Shown here piece after piece: positions 48,319 to 58,534 of a stretch of DNA of 64,000 nt. A program made the position numbers and the translations under genes. The notes beneath the pieces were generated by a model. It was not told the origin of the DNA. It made no database searches and saw nothing but the letters and a program-made list of their open reading frames with translations. The DNA comes from Macrostomum lignano (lineage: Eukaryota). The stretch covers positions 186,001-250,000 of the forward strand of contig NIVC01000764.1 in NCBI GenBank assembly GCA_002269645.1, in the 5' to 3' direction. Numbering within the stretch: position 1 is the stretch's first letter; each line of letters starts with the position of its first letter.

Positions 48319-49975
48319 GTTGTAGCATAGCATTTTTATTTGCTTATATTATCAATAATGCAAAGTACAAAAGTACAAAAGGTGTTTCAAAAGAAATGAA
48401 CAAGAATATGACTCATTTGCTTTCAAAAAGATAGATTAATGGTTAAATATAATTGTACTATAGCTAAAAGTACTACACAATATATATACAACTAGTATTT
48501 ATTTTAGTTACTATATAAATAACAATAGTATTATTTACAAATTACAATGCAAATAATAAGTATCTTTTAAATAACTCTAAAAGCTTTTAGAGTTCATAAA
48601 GTTCCAAAATTACAAAAAAATTGTTTTGCCAATATAGGCCTACTTTAAAAAATATTTAACAAATCTAAAAACTTTATTAAAAAAACTGGAATAATGATAC
48701 TACTTTACTAGACAATAAAATTAACAAAGTTCTAATCTAATAGTATTGATTGAAATTAAATGAAAAACTTTGAAATTAGATATCTTCAAAACTTTTATTC
48801 CTAAATTTTTTATCAAAATCAAAATTTGCATTTAAAACTTAGAAAATTGGATTCAAAATTTGAAATTTGAAAAATTAAAATTAAAAATTTGGAATATCTC
48901 AACTCTAGGTCTAAATTTTGGAATACTTTAGCTAGCAAACATCCCCCAATAGCAAATAACCCTAGATAGAAAGCATCCCTAGATAGCAAGAATCCCTATA
49001 TAGCAAGCATAGGGCCTGCCTAGATAAAAAGGATCATTATAGATAGATAGCCAGCAATCCCTTTTTAGATACTAAGTACCCTCCACTTCCCAAGAGCAAG
49101 CATTTCCCAGATAGTATGCATCCTTCCAATAGCAAGCATTTCCTAATAGCAAGTAGGCCTATCTATTAGAAGACAAGTAGCTAATGCAACAATTGCCTTA
49201 GCTTTAGAGTGGCTCCATTTTTTTACCTGATACATTTTTTATATTGTACATAATGTTCTTTTTTGTTTTATAGAATGCTTATTTTATGTTTGATATTGTG
49301 GCTCCTTATGTTTGGCATTGTTGCTTTTTTACATTTCAAATAAGTGTCTCTTTTATGTTTGACATGGTAGTTCTTTTATGTTTGATATACATGTACATGC
49401 ACAATTTCCAAAATTCAGTTGGCTATGCAACTTAGTTTTAACAAAAATGCGATATCATTTTTAGTCAAATATGCGACTTACATGTGTTGACAAAGTGTTG
49501 ATAATGATAGTCATTAAATCTGCTTTGTTACCAAAGTGGCTGTTTACTGAAATGGCTGTTAATAAAGTGGATTGTATTTGTGCCTTTTATGTTTGATATG
49601 ACACTTCTTTGATATATTATAGGCTTAAAGGGTACTTTTTGTTTAACATTTTTAAATAAAAACTTTTTAAATAAAAAAACTTACACTATTTAGATTCAAA
49701 CTTAGGTTGCTACATTGTCATTAGCAGTCTTAAACTGTTCAAATCTAGTCTAGGTTAGCTCTTATAAAATTTATAATATAAATTATAAGTCTTTATAATT
49801 CAATATGCCTACTGAAAAAAAATTGGTTAGAGTAAAAGTTATGACATAGGCTCTAATTAATTTCTCAGTCAGCGACAGACCATTTTAAGTATATTGGAAT
49901 GGAAGTTCTTATAAATATTAATTAGTGAAGAGTAAACATGAGAATTGACATACAATATATGATGATTAAGTCAAA

Positions 49976-50841
49976 TGTACCAGGGGGTGTTTAACTAAAT
50001 TGTAGACTATCCTACCGATGTCACCAAGTTGTTGCAGGCTTAAACTCTCTCTAGAAATTATCCTACCGCAGGCACCAAGTTTTTGTAGGTGTCTTTACTA
50101 TTATGGTATTCTTATTCCACTATGCCACCAAGTTGTCGCAGGGCTATACACTTCCTAATTTATAATTACGCTACGGAATCAAGTTGTTGTAAATTAAGAT
50201 AGTTATTACTCCATAAAATTGCTTAGTCAATTGCTGCTTCTTAGAAAATATCAAGTCTAGAATTCTAATCTAAGGACTCCTTGAATCTATGCAAGGCGCC
50301 CTGGTAGCAGTGTCGAGCGGCAAACACTGGTCTACATGTAATTATGAATCTCACTACTATTATTATTACTACTATTAGTTCCCTATATTTAGTTGCGGGC
50401 TCCCTGGGAAGGAGTTGCCCGACTCGTCAACCGTCTATTTCTGGCTTCTCACAGCTTTCCTGGCCTCTTACGGCTTTTTCTGGCTTCTTACAGTTTTTCT
50501 TGGCCTCTTACGGCTTTTCTGGCTTCTCACAGCTTTCTTGGCCTCTTACGGCTTTTCTGGCCTCTTACAGCTTTTTCTCCTGTCTTGCTTTCCAGTGACT
50601 AAGACAACACGTTTTGCTTTTCTTGACCGAATCGAGGAAACGGCGGGCGAAGTTTTTAAAGCCCGAAAACGCTTGTATTTATAGGTTTACTGAGGGGGAG
50701 GACGGGTGCGCGGGACGTGGTTAAACAAAATATCAATTTAAACAAAATAATTATTTTTCGCTATAACAAAATAATTCCGTAACCAAGAAATTTGGCGTAA
50801 ATTCGAAATGGTATACGTATAAAAATATTGGGCCTGCCTCA
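49976..50841 (-). repeat. 3' LTR
   Basis: tgtaccaggggg...gggcctgcctca, duplicate of 58645-59511; includes about seven 19-20 nt ctggc(t/c)tct(c/t)ac(a/g)gcttt units at 50440-50575. Confidence 0.97.
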
Positions 50842-50846
50842 ACTGG

Positions 50847-50856
50847 CTTCCCTTCT
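50847..50856 (-). other. Polypurine tract AGAAGGGAAG
   Basis: Purine run 5 nt from the 3' LTR. Confidence 0.55.
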
Positions 50857-51212
50857 ACATATTTATGAATAAACTAGTGAGTGAATAAATGTGTAGTTAA
50901 AGTGCAAAGGGGGCTTTTAATCACAAAACGTAGGCACTAAATAAAATTGGCTGACACTTAAAACATTAAAACAGCACACAACATGGTAATATCAGTAATA
51001 TAGTTAGTGGAAGAATTGAGCAAGGTTGGCTATTATTAAAATGGCACGAAGTTGAGCGTACAAAAAGATGTTTGGCTAAATATAAAGTTGCACAAAGTTG
51101 AGCACACAAAAATTTTGGCTAAATAGGTATCCATGCAAAATTAGTGAAGGCTAAATAGGTATGCATGCAATGCGAAAAAAATAACAGTACATGACAGTTC
51201 AATTATAGTCAC

Positions 51213-51575
51213 CTAATTATCATTCAGATTAAATTCGTCCGGCAAAAGGTCGCGTAGAGGCCATCCGACTTGCTCGGCGAGCCACTTAATCTCGATGATA
51301 AGCAGCGTGCGAAAGTACGGCTGGCCAGCCGCATTCAGGTCATGAAGTACGTAATTCACGGCGCGGCGCCAAGCCGCGGCAGCTTGCTCAGGCGTGAATT
51401 CTTGGCGAAGCACAATGCAGGCTGGCCGGACCTGGGCCCGCTGTGGCAGCGGCCGGTCCAACCGCAAGTGGCCGATTCGCATTAGATATTCCTTCAGGGC
51501 AGCAATCAGTCGCTTCATTCTTGCCTGCTGTTCTGGCGACAAACCGTCCATGATGGCGCTGAAGTCGGCGCCCAT
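51213..51575 (-). CDS. Accessory ORF3, C-terminal part (predicted globular/helical, unknown function)
   Basis: 120-aa complex-sequence ORF inside the element; the frame is open upstream to about 52119 without a start codon. Confidence 0.55.
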   Translation of the reverse strand: MGADFSAIMDGLSPEQQARMKRLIAALKEYLMRIGHLRLDRPLPQRAQVRPACIVLRQEFTPEQAAAAWRRAVNYVLHDLNAAGQPYFRTLLIIEIKWLAEQVGWPLRDLLPDEFNLNDN

Positions 51576-52516
51576 CGCAGCAAGCCTTTGGATGTCTTGG
51601 TTGCCGGGGCAAACAAATAACTTGCAGCTGCACGGCAGGTTGACGCCTGTGGTGGCACTGCAGTCTGCGGTGGCGGCTGCTGATGCGACGGCGGTGGCTG
51701 CTGATGATGCTGAGACGGCGGTGGCTGCTGATGATGCTGAGACGGCGGTGGCTGCTGATGATGCTGAGACGGCGGTGGCTGCTGATGATGCTGAGACGGC
51801 GGTGGCTGCTGATGGTGCTGCGGCGGCGACTGGTGGCGGTGCCGCGGCGGAGACTGGTGGCGGTGCCGCGGCGGAGACTGGTGGCGGCGCTGCGGCGGCG
51901 ACTGCTGACGCTGCTGTGGCGGCGGCCGCGGAGCCAGCCTGCGGTGCACTGGCAGCTGCTGTCGGACTTTTGCTCGCGACGCCACACGCCGAGGCTGCGA
52001 CCGCTGAGCCGGCCGCTGCTGCTGAGGCGGGGCAGCTAACATCAGTGTGGGCCGCGCGCCAGCCGGGTGCCTCTGCATAACCGTCGGTTTTACCACCACG
52101 GACTGCACCGACTTCACTCTAACGAGCTCCTGTCGTGCTGCCGGATCCTGGGACACTGGCAGCCCTGACGGGGCCGGCCTCTTTGCTTGTGTACCCTGAT
52201 CCGTTTCTGCAGCAGGTCGCTTTGGCTTGGTGGAGGGCTCCGGTGGCTGCGAGGGCCCGGGCAGGTCAGCTGGCTGACGCTCCCGTAATGGCTCTGACGG
52301 CGGTGCCAGCGTCGGGGCAGGCTGCTGCGTAGCAGGCGGCTGCGACGGGGCCTCAGCTAGCTGTTCTTGCTCGTTTTGCTGCGCTGAACGCTCTGGCTGT
52401 GGTTGCTCAGTTTGCTCATCTTGCTGCATGGGCCAAGGCCCTTCAAGCTCTTTTAATAGATCGTCAAATTCACTACCGTCTGCTAAAATATTTAACTCTT
52501 CGTCTTCTTTATCCAT
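51515..52516 (-). CDS. Accessory ORF3, N-terminal part (acidic start, P/Q-rich, 27-bp repeats)
   Basis: 333-aa ORF on the pol strand between integrase and PPT, downstream of promoter-like motifs. Confidence 0.65.
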   Translation of the reverse strand: MDKEDEELNILADGSEFDDLLKELEGPWPMQQDEQTEQPQPERSAQQNEQEQLAEAPSQPPATQQPAPTLAPPSEPLRERQPADLPGPSQPPEPSTKPKRPAAETDQGTQAKRPAPSGLPVSQDPAARQELVRVKSVQSVVVKPTVMQRHPAGARPTLMLAAPPQQQRPAQRSQPRRVASRAKVRQQLPVHRRLAPRPPPQQRQQSPPQRRHQSPPRHRHQSPPRHRHQSPPQHHQQPPPSQHHQQPPPSQHHQQPPPSQHHQQPPPSQHHQQPPPSHQQPPPQTAVPPQASTCRAAASYLFAPATKTSKGLLRWAPTSAPSWTVCRQNSRQE

Positions 52517-52584
52517 AACGGATTTGCTCTTGACTGCTTCTTTATTGCTACTTAATTGCTGCCTTATTGCTCTGTTGAGGATGA

Positions 52585-52808
52585 GGAACTGATTGCGTCA
52601 GGGATCTCGCTTATATAGGTTTACAAACATTCCACTTTGGGGGGTATCATGTTTCAAGCTTATTCAAACAAACAATTATTTGTTTAAATGGCAGGTCTTC
52701 TCTCATTGGCTGATGATTCTTCCTTATTGGCTGTCGGTCTCTTCGCCTCTCTCCTCCTATCCACGGCCTCGAAATCCCTTCACTTCTACGCCTCCTCTCA
52801 TTGGCTCT
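52585..52808 (-). promoter_or_regulatory. Candidate internal promoter for ORF3
   Basis: Three CCAAT boxes (52800-52804, 52726-52730, 52705-52709), TATATAA 52617-52611, TCAGTT initiator with A at 52590, ATG at 52516. Confidence 0.55.
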
Positions 52809-52842
52809 CACTCCTCCTTCTCCTTCCTTCCTTCTCCTCCAC

Positions 52843-54560
52843 TCAGAAACTGAGATTGTTCAACAAAGACAGCACAGTGGCCAGCCGCTTCAAGCAACAA
52901 TAGCACTTGGGGGGCTTGACCTGCCTGCGTGTATTGTATCTCCTCTCTGAATTAGCTTCCTCGTGCTCATGCTCAATCTCATTGTTCTCTCTGGCGTCTT
53001 CTGCATTGCTCATTATTCCTTCTTCTTCTACTGCACTCTCTGACTCTTGGCTCTCATCTTCGCTCTCAGTTGCTGGTTCCGTTTCGGACTCTCTCATTTG
53101 GCATTGCCATTGCACTCGCTCATCCTCAGATTCAGTGTCATACTCAGACTCTTCACTAATCACTACCTCCTTATGCTTCCTCGGCGGGTGGCTTCCCTTA
53201 GCTTTAGGTTCCCTCCTCGACTGATTTTTCTTCCGGTGCTTCTCCTGCTGGCTTCCCTTAATTGGCAATTCTGCGGTCGAATTAGGAACTAGTGTTAAAT
53301 TGTCCCTATGCACTAATAATTTATTCCCTACAAGCTCACCATCTTCCTCTCTCTGCACTCTAAATACTACATCTGAGATCTGTTCGATCACTCTATAGGC
53401 GGCTCTCTTCTTTCTGTGAAATTTGTTAGACTCCTCATTGTCTAACTGCGGGTTATTTATTAGCACTAAACTCCCTACTGGTACTTCCTTAGGCTGCTTG
53501 GCTGTTTCAGCAATATTCTTTCTATTATCAGCAACTTTCTCGAGCTTATCTCTCACGATTTTTCTGGCAATTTCTAGCCTTTCGGCATGATCTGCGACAT
53601 AGGCTGGATAGCCTGAGTACTGATTTGGCTGGCGAATTTGACTGTCTAGTGGCAAAACTGGCTCCCTTCCGAATAACAGGAAATGGGGTGAATAGCCTGT
53701 GGTTTGATTCACACTAGTGCGCACTGCAACAAGCGCTGCTGGGATCATTAAATCCCAATTGCTATGGTCCTTCTTAATTAAACAGTTAATGATGGATTTC
53801 ACTTGCTTGTTAAACCTCTCTACCAAGCCATTACTTTGGGCATGGTACGGGGTGGTACAAGTGTGTTTAACATTGTACAAATCGCAAAACGCTTTAAACT
53901 GTCTGCTTGTGAAGGTTTTCCCATTGTCAGTATGTATCCAATGGCATTGACCATATTCGCTGAAAATTCGCTCCTGTAAGATCTTGATCACGGTATCAGA
54001 CTTCTGATTACGGATCGGGAACGCGAATGGGTAGCGGGTAGTGCTATCAACTACAGTCAGCACATATCTATGGCCTCTCTTGCTTTCTTTCAAAATGGGG
54101 CCTATGATATCGATATGTAGGCGATGAAATGCCTCGTTAACTGGGAATGACTGCACTGGAGCCTGAACAGGGCATCCTCTTTTGCTTTCCAAACACGGAA
54201 TACACTCAGATATGTACTTCTCAATGGCTGTCACTAAGCCAGGTCTCCAAAATCTCTCCCTAACTCTTTGCACTGTCTTGTCACGACCCAAGTGTCCTGC
54301 TAGTGGGCTATCGTGTAGATCAGCCAGCACTAATTTGTCCAGCGACACTGGCAACACAATTTTGCTTACTCCTTCTTCTTCAATAACAAGCATATCGCTT
54401 TCGATTTTCATTTTCTCGTAAAATTTGCTCAACTGCCTTAATTCTGAGCTAATGCTCTTTTGCTCGGCGGGGGGTTCCTTTTCTTCGAGTTTGCAATTTA
54501 GCAAAGTGCGAATATTGGGGTCTTCTCGCTGGGCATTAACGATCTGCTCTTCCGCAGGGG
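52843..54560 (-). CDS. pol: Integrase part of pol (separated from RT/RH by a frameshift near 54557-54561)
   Basis: AQREDP; H..HLG...C..C zinc finger; HIDIIGP, HTDNG, NGLVERFN (DDE); acidic C-terminal tail. Confidence 0.93.
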
Positions 54561-57500
54561 GTTGGGTAGGAAGTCAACTAATAATGCTCCAACCTTCAGC
54601 GTGCCATACTCCTCACTGTGCTCAGATTGTGGGGTGACTCTGCTCGATTGCATAATGCAGGAGCTCTGTGTTTTCACACTGTCAATCCTTACACTCTTCT
54701 CACCAGAGACTATTTTATTCCTCTGTGGCTCAGGGGGGTTGGTCTCTCCTTCTCTCAGCTCAGTGGGGGGCTGGGTCAGATCGCTCATGCTGTCCTTAGC
54801 CTTCCCATTCTGGTTCTGCTTTGCACACACGCGTTCGCTGGGGATAAACTCCTCTTTATCAGTTCTTATCTCTTGGTTCACTTCGGCTCTTACGCCTTTG
54901 CTGGTGATTTTGCTTATCTCTCGACTCTTCTTCTCGGCTTCCGCCTTCTCATTGGCTTTACAATCTGGCTGGGCAGCCTCGGCTGGCCTTCGGGACAAGC
55001 TATCGGCATTTGAATGTTTCGCGCCACTCCTATGCTCGATTTCAAATTGAAACTCGTTGAGGCGCTCAATCCATCTGCCTAAAATGCCCTGGGCTTCTGT
55101 CTGCCTTAATAACCAAAGTATAGCCTTATGGTCGGTCCTAGCTAGAAATTTCTTTCCTATTAGATAGAAGCGGAAATGCCTCATGGCATCTACTAGAGCT
55201 AGCAACTCCTTGCGAGTTATGGGATAGCGTTTTTCTGACTCCTTCATAGCGCGACTAAAGTAGGCGATTGGTCTCTCGACACCGTCTGATTGGATTTGTC
55301 CTAAACAGGCACCTATGCGTCCATCACTGGCGTCTACATCGAGAACCATCTTCACCTTCTCATTGTCTATGAACTCAGGGTATGCTAACACGTCAGTACT
55401 CATCATACGGGTTTTCAATAGCTCAAACGCTTCATCATGCTTTGCTGTCCATTTTGCTTGGAAGTTTTGAACTCCCTTACGAGTCAACTGGAAAAGAGGA
55501 TGCGCTACTTCAGCATAATTTTTGACAAATCTGCTGTAGTAGTTGCACAATCCTAAAAAGCTTCTTAATTCCTTTACTTCCTTTGGCTTTGGCCAGGTCC
55601 TAATGGCTTCAATCTTGGCTTCGTCTGTGCGAATGCCATCTCTGCCTATCACATGGCCTAGATACTTGAGTTCAGAGTGAAATAAGTTGCACTTTTTCGC
55701 TCTCAACTTTAAACCTGCGGTGATCAATCTCTGAAACACCTCTCTTAGATGGGATAAATGCTCCTCAAATTGCTTCGAGTAAGTAACTATATCGTCAATA
55801 TACGACATTGCAAACTTATGCTGGATTCCGGCTAGCACTAAGTTCATCAGTCTTTGAAATGTACCGGGCGCGTTGGATAACCCTTGCGCCATAACCTGGT
55901 ACTCAAACTGTCCTCGCGTCAGAGTAGAGAACGCGGTCATGAACTTATGCTCTTCCTTTATAGGCACTTGCCAATAACCTGAGTTAAGATCTAAACTACT
56001 AAAGTACCTACTGCCAGTAAGATTAGAAAAAGTTTCTTGAATATTGGGGAGGGGATAGGGAAAATAGTTAACTCTAGAGTTGAGCACTCGGAAATCACTC
56101 ACTATTCGGATGGTGCCATCCTTCTTTGGCACAATGACTAATGGGGTAGAATAGGTAGAATAGCAGGGGCGAATGAGATTCTTGGCTAGCATGTCGTCTA
56201 GCTGGGCGTCGACTTGCTTTTGGAGATGAGGGGGGATGCGGCGGGTAGGGATTCTAACAGGGGTCTCGTCCTTCAGGGAAATTTCATGAGTGACTAGATG
56301 AGTCAATCCCATGTCTAAATCATGCTGGGAAAATGCTTCTCTATTCTCTCTCACGAGATCAATTACTGCTTTTCGCTGACTTTCAGATAAATTGGCACCA
56401 ATACTAATTTCGCTCACCCAAGCATCTTCAGTTGCCTGAGCTTGATAGACACGTCCGGCGGGTTGTGCGGCATCTTCGGCAATTGTCGGCGAAGCTGATT
56501 CGGCGGCGGAAGGCGATGCTGACCAGTAGACGAGGTCCTTGGCTCTCATGGGCTTGGCCAGACCAATCAATGTCGACTTCGGCAGTCTCACGTCGACAGA
56601 GTGTCGATTCACGATCTCCACGATGGCACTGCCGTCTCTCATGGTGACCAATGTCGGAACCATCTCTACTGTCAATTCCTTGGCTCTCACGCCTTCTCCG
56701 ATCACTTCTACTGTCATAGGAGTGCCATGATTGAGCTCATGGTCTTTCGCTAGCCTAATGGGAACTCTCAATGCACTATTAGCAGGTACTACTGCCTTTT
56801 CTCGAGTATAAACTCGGCAAATTCTAACTGCTTGGCGAGTGTACTGCATAGGCACACAGAGGCCTCTTTTTAGTACAAGCATGCCATTGTCTAAATCAAT
56901 GCTCTTACAGTGGGAAAGGAAGAAGTCCATGCCAAGAATGTTATCACATTCATAGCTGCACAGCAAAAAGCTGGTATTAATTTGAATATCTCCAAAGGTT
57001 ACAGACACACTAGCTTCTCCTTCTAGCTGCACTGAGGAACCATCAAATGTGGTAACTCTCTTATTGGTTTCTCGGATTTGCTCTGTCTTGATCACCTTGG
57101 ACCATACTGACTTGCTCAGGAAGCAGTTTCCGGCTCCGGTGTCAAGCAAGAAGTCAATTTCTTGACCTTCAACGTCTCCAAAGACAATTGCTTCGCTACT
57201 TTTCTCGCTTATCAAATCAACTTTTGCTTTCTCAGCTGCTTTCTTAGCTTCTCGATATTTCGCTTTGCGAGATTTTCTCGCCTTCTGCTTTGCATTTGCT
57301 GGCTTAGTCACTGGGGACTTTGTCAACTCGGATGCTGATGCTTTTGCATCTGACTCACTGGGCTCTGACGCCAATAACTCAAACATATTAGGAGATAGCG
57401 CGATGGGAGACGCGCTGTTTACAAGTGCATTACGCATTGGTGCTCTATACATGGGTGCATTACGCGTTGGTGCATTACGCATTGGTGCATTATGCATTGA

Positions 57501-57644
57501 ATTCCTGGAAAATGGGACTTGTCGCCATCCTCCAGGGAGTGGGTTGAAAACGGGTTTGCGGGAGAAATGAGAGGCCTGAGCTTTGCTTTGGGGTTTCCTA
57601 GAGGGACGTGGCCTCGAATATCGACCCTCGAATCCTAGTTTCCC
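54498..57644 (-). CDS. pol: pol: protease, reverse transcriptase, RNase H
   Basis: FLLDTGA, LDLNSGYWQV, YIDD, LDVDAS, RTDHKAI, NADSLSR; the frame is open from the slippery site at 57644 to ATG 57497 (49 codons). Confidence 0.95.
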   Translation of the reverse strand, partial: GKLGFEGRYSRPRPSRKPQSKAQASHFSRKPVFNPLPGGWRQVPFSRNSMHNAPMRNAPTRNAPMYRAPMRNALVNSASPIALSPNMFELLASEPSESDAKASASELTKSPVTKPANAKQKARKSRKAKYREAKKAAEKAKVDLISEKSSEAIVFGDVEGQEIDFLLDTGAGNCFLSKSVWSKVIKTEQIRETNKRVTTFDGSSVQLEGEASVSVTFGDIQINTSFLLCSYECDNILGMDFFLSHCKSIDLDNGMLVLKRGLCVPMQYTRQAVRICRVYTREKAVVPANSALRVPIRLAKDHELNHGTPMTVEVIGEGVRAKELTVEMVPTLVTMRDGSAIVEIVNRHSVDVRLPKSTLIGLAKPMRAKDLVYWSASPSAAESASPTIAEDAAQPAGRVYQAQATEDAWVSEISIGANLSESQRKAVIDLVRENREAFSQHDLDMGLTHLVTHEISLKDETPVRIPTRRIPPHLQKQVDAQLDDMLAKNLIRPCYSTYSTPLVIVPKKDGTIRIVSDFRVLNSRVNYFPYPLPNIQETFSNLTGSRYFSSLDLNSGYWQVPIKEEHKFMTAFSTLTRGQFEYQVMAQGLSNAPGTFQRLMNLVLAGIQHKFAMSYIDDIVTYSKQFEEHLSHLREVFQRLITAGLKLRAKKCNLFHSELKYLGHVIGRDGIRTDEAKIEAIRTWPKPKEVKELRSFLGLCNYYSRFVKNYAEVAHPLFQLTRKGVQNFQAKWTAKHDEAFELLKTRMMSTDVLAYPEFIDNEKVKMVLDVDASDGRIGACLGQIQSDGVERPIAYFSRAMKESEKRYPITRKELLALVDAMRHFRFYLIGKKFLARTDHKAILWLLRQTEAQGILGRWIERLNEFQFEIEHRSGAKHSNADSLSRRPAEAAQPDCKANEKAEAEKKSREISKITSKGVRAEVNQEIRTDKEEFIPSERVCAKQNQNGKAKDSMSDLTQPPTELREGETNPPEPQRNKIVSGEKSVRIDSVKTQSSCIMQSSRVTPQSEHSEEYGTLKVGALLVDFLPNPLRKSRSLMPSEKTPIFALC

Positions 57645-58534
57645 TGATTGGGGTTGCGGGCAGGGAATCGACTCTGGTTGTTAAAGCCAGGTCGCACTAC
57701 ATTCTGTGTTGGCTTCCACGGAATCTGCCTCCTTATCTGCTGCTGCATCAGCGGGCGAAGCTGTGGCTGGAACGCCTGAACTCTTGGCTGATAGTATTGC
57801 GGCCTAGTCTGAGTAACTGGCGGCTGCTGCTTTTCAGCTTGCAGTTCCTGAATTAGCTTCTTCTGCTCTTCGAGCTCAGATTTCTGCTGCTTAATTAGCT
57901 TTTCTAACTTGCTCTTCTCATCATCTTCGTCTCTCACGACTCTGACACCGTTCTTATGCGACATATGCCAGGCTGCTTCTATTCTCCTAAGCATGCGTCT
58001 GGCCTCCTGCAGGCTAGTGGGCTGAGCAAAAATGAGTTTCTCCCGGGTATCGGAGGAAATTCTTACTCCCTTGATAAATTGCTCGATTACTTCCTCTTCA
58101 CGCTGTTCTGCGTTCATATTTGGGAACGCCCTAGCTGCTAGTTCGATCAAAGCATCGGCGAACACGTCGGTTGCCTCGTTTCTACCCTGCATCCTACCTC
58201 TAAACTCCTCTCTGCACTCGGATGAACTACCAATCCGGCCAAATCTTTCTACCAATCTCTCCTTAAACTCCTCATACGTCAAATCCTCAGGTAGATTTAA
58301 TCGCTGCACTGCTGCAAACGCAGTCGATAAGTCTAGATTGGCTAATAGTTCAGTCTTCCTGTGCTCTTGGTCTATCCCTTCCTGATCACACCTTTGGTCG
58401 AATGCGGTTAACCATATTCGCACATCCTGGCTGGGAGTGTACTTTTGGATCTTTACATGCCTCATAGGCCCTAGTTCTAGCCTGTTCCTAAGCTCCTCTG
58501 CTAATAAACCTATAGCGTCATTAAGTGCTGCCAT
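57635..58534 (-). CDS. gag: gag
   Basis: 299 aa directly after the PBS; capsid-like W...F...C, LTYEEFKERLVERFG, MQGRNE..D.FAD.L..LA..AFP; no CCHC knuckle. Confidence 0.9.
   Translation of the reverse strand: MAALNDAIGLLAEELRNRLELGPMRHVKIQKYTPSQDVRIWLTAFDQRCDQEGIDQEHRKTELLANLDLSTAFAAVQRLNLPEDLTYEEFKERLVERFGRIGSSSECREEFRGRMQGRNEATDVFADALIELAARAFPNMNAEQREEEVIEQFIKGVRISSDTREKLIFAQPTSLQEARRMLRRIEAAWHMSHKNGVRVVRDEDDEKSKLEKLIKQQKSELEEQKKLIQELQAEKQQPPVTQTRPQYYQPRVQAFQPQLRPLMQQQIRRQIPWKPTQNVVRPGFNNQSRFPARNPNQGN
57638..57644 (-). promoter_or_regulatory. -1 ribosomal frameshift heptamer G GGA AAC
   Basis: X XXY YYZ in the gag frame immediately before TAG; pol lies in the -1 frame. Confidence 0.8.

Noticed and set aside
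51213-52516. env gene
   Set aside because: No signal peptide, furin site followed by a fusion peptide, or transmembrane anchor is visible
54498-54575. Second programmed frameshift between RNase H and integrase
   Set aside because: No canonical slippery heptamer; a one-base loss in a C5 run explains it more simply
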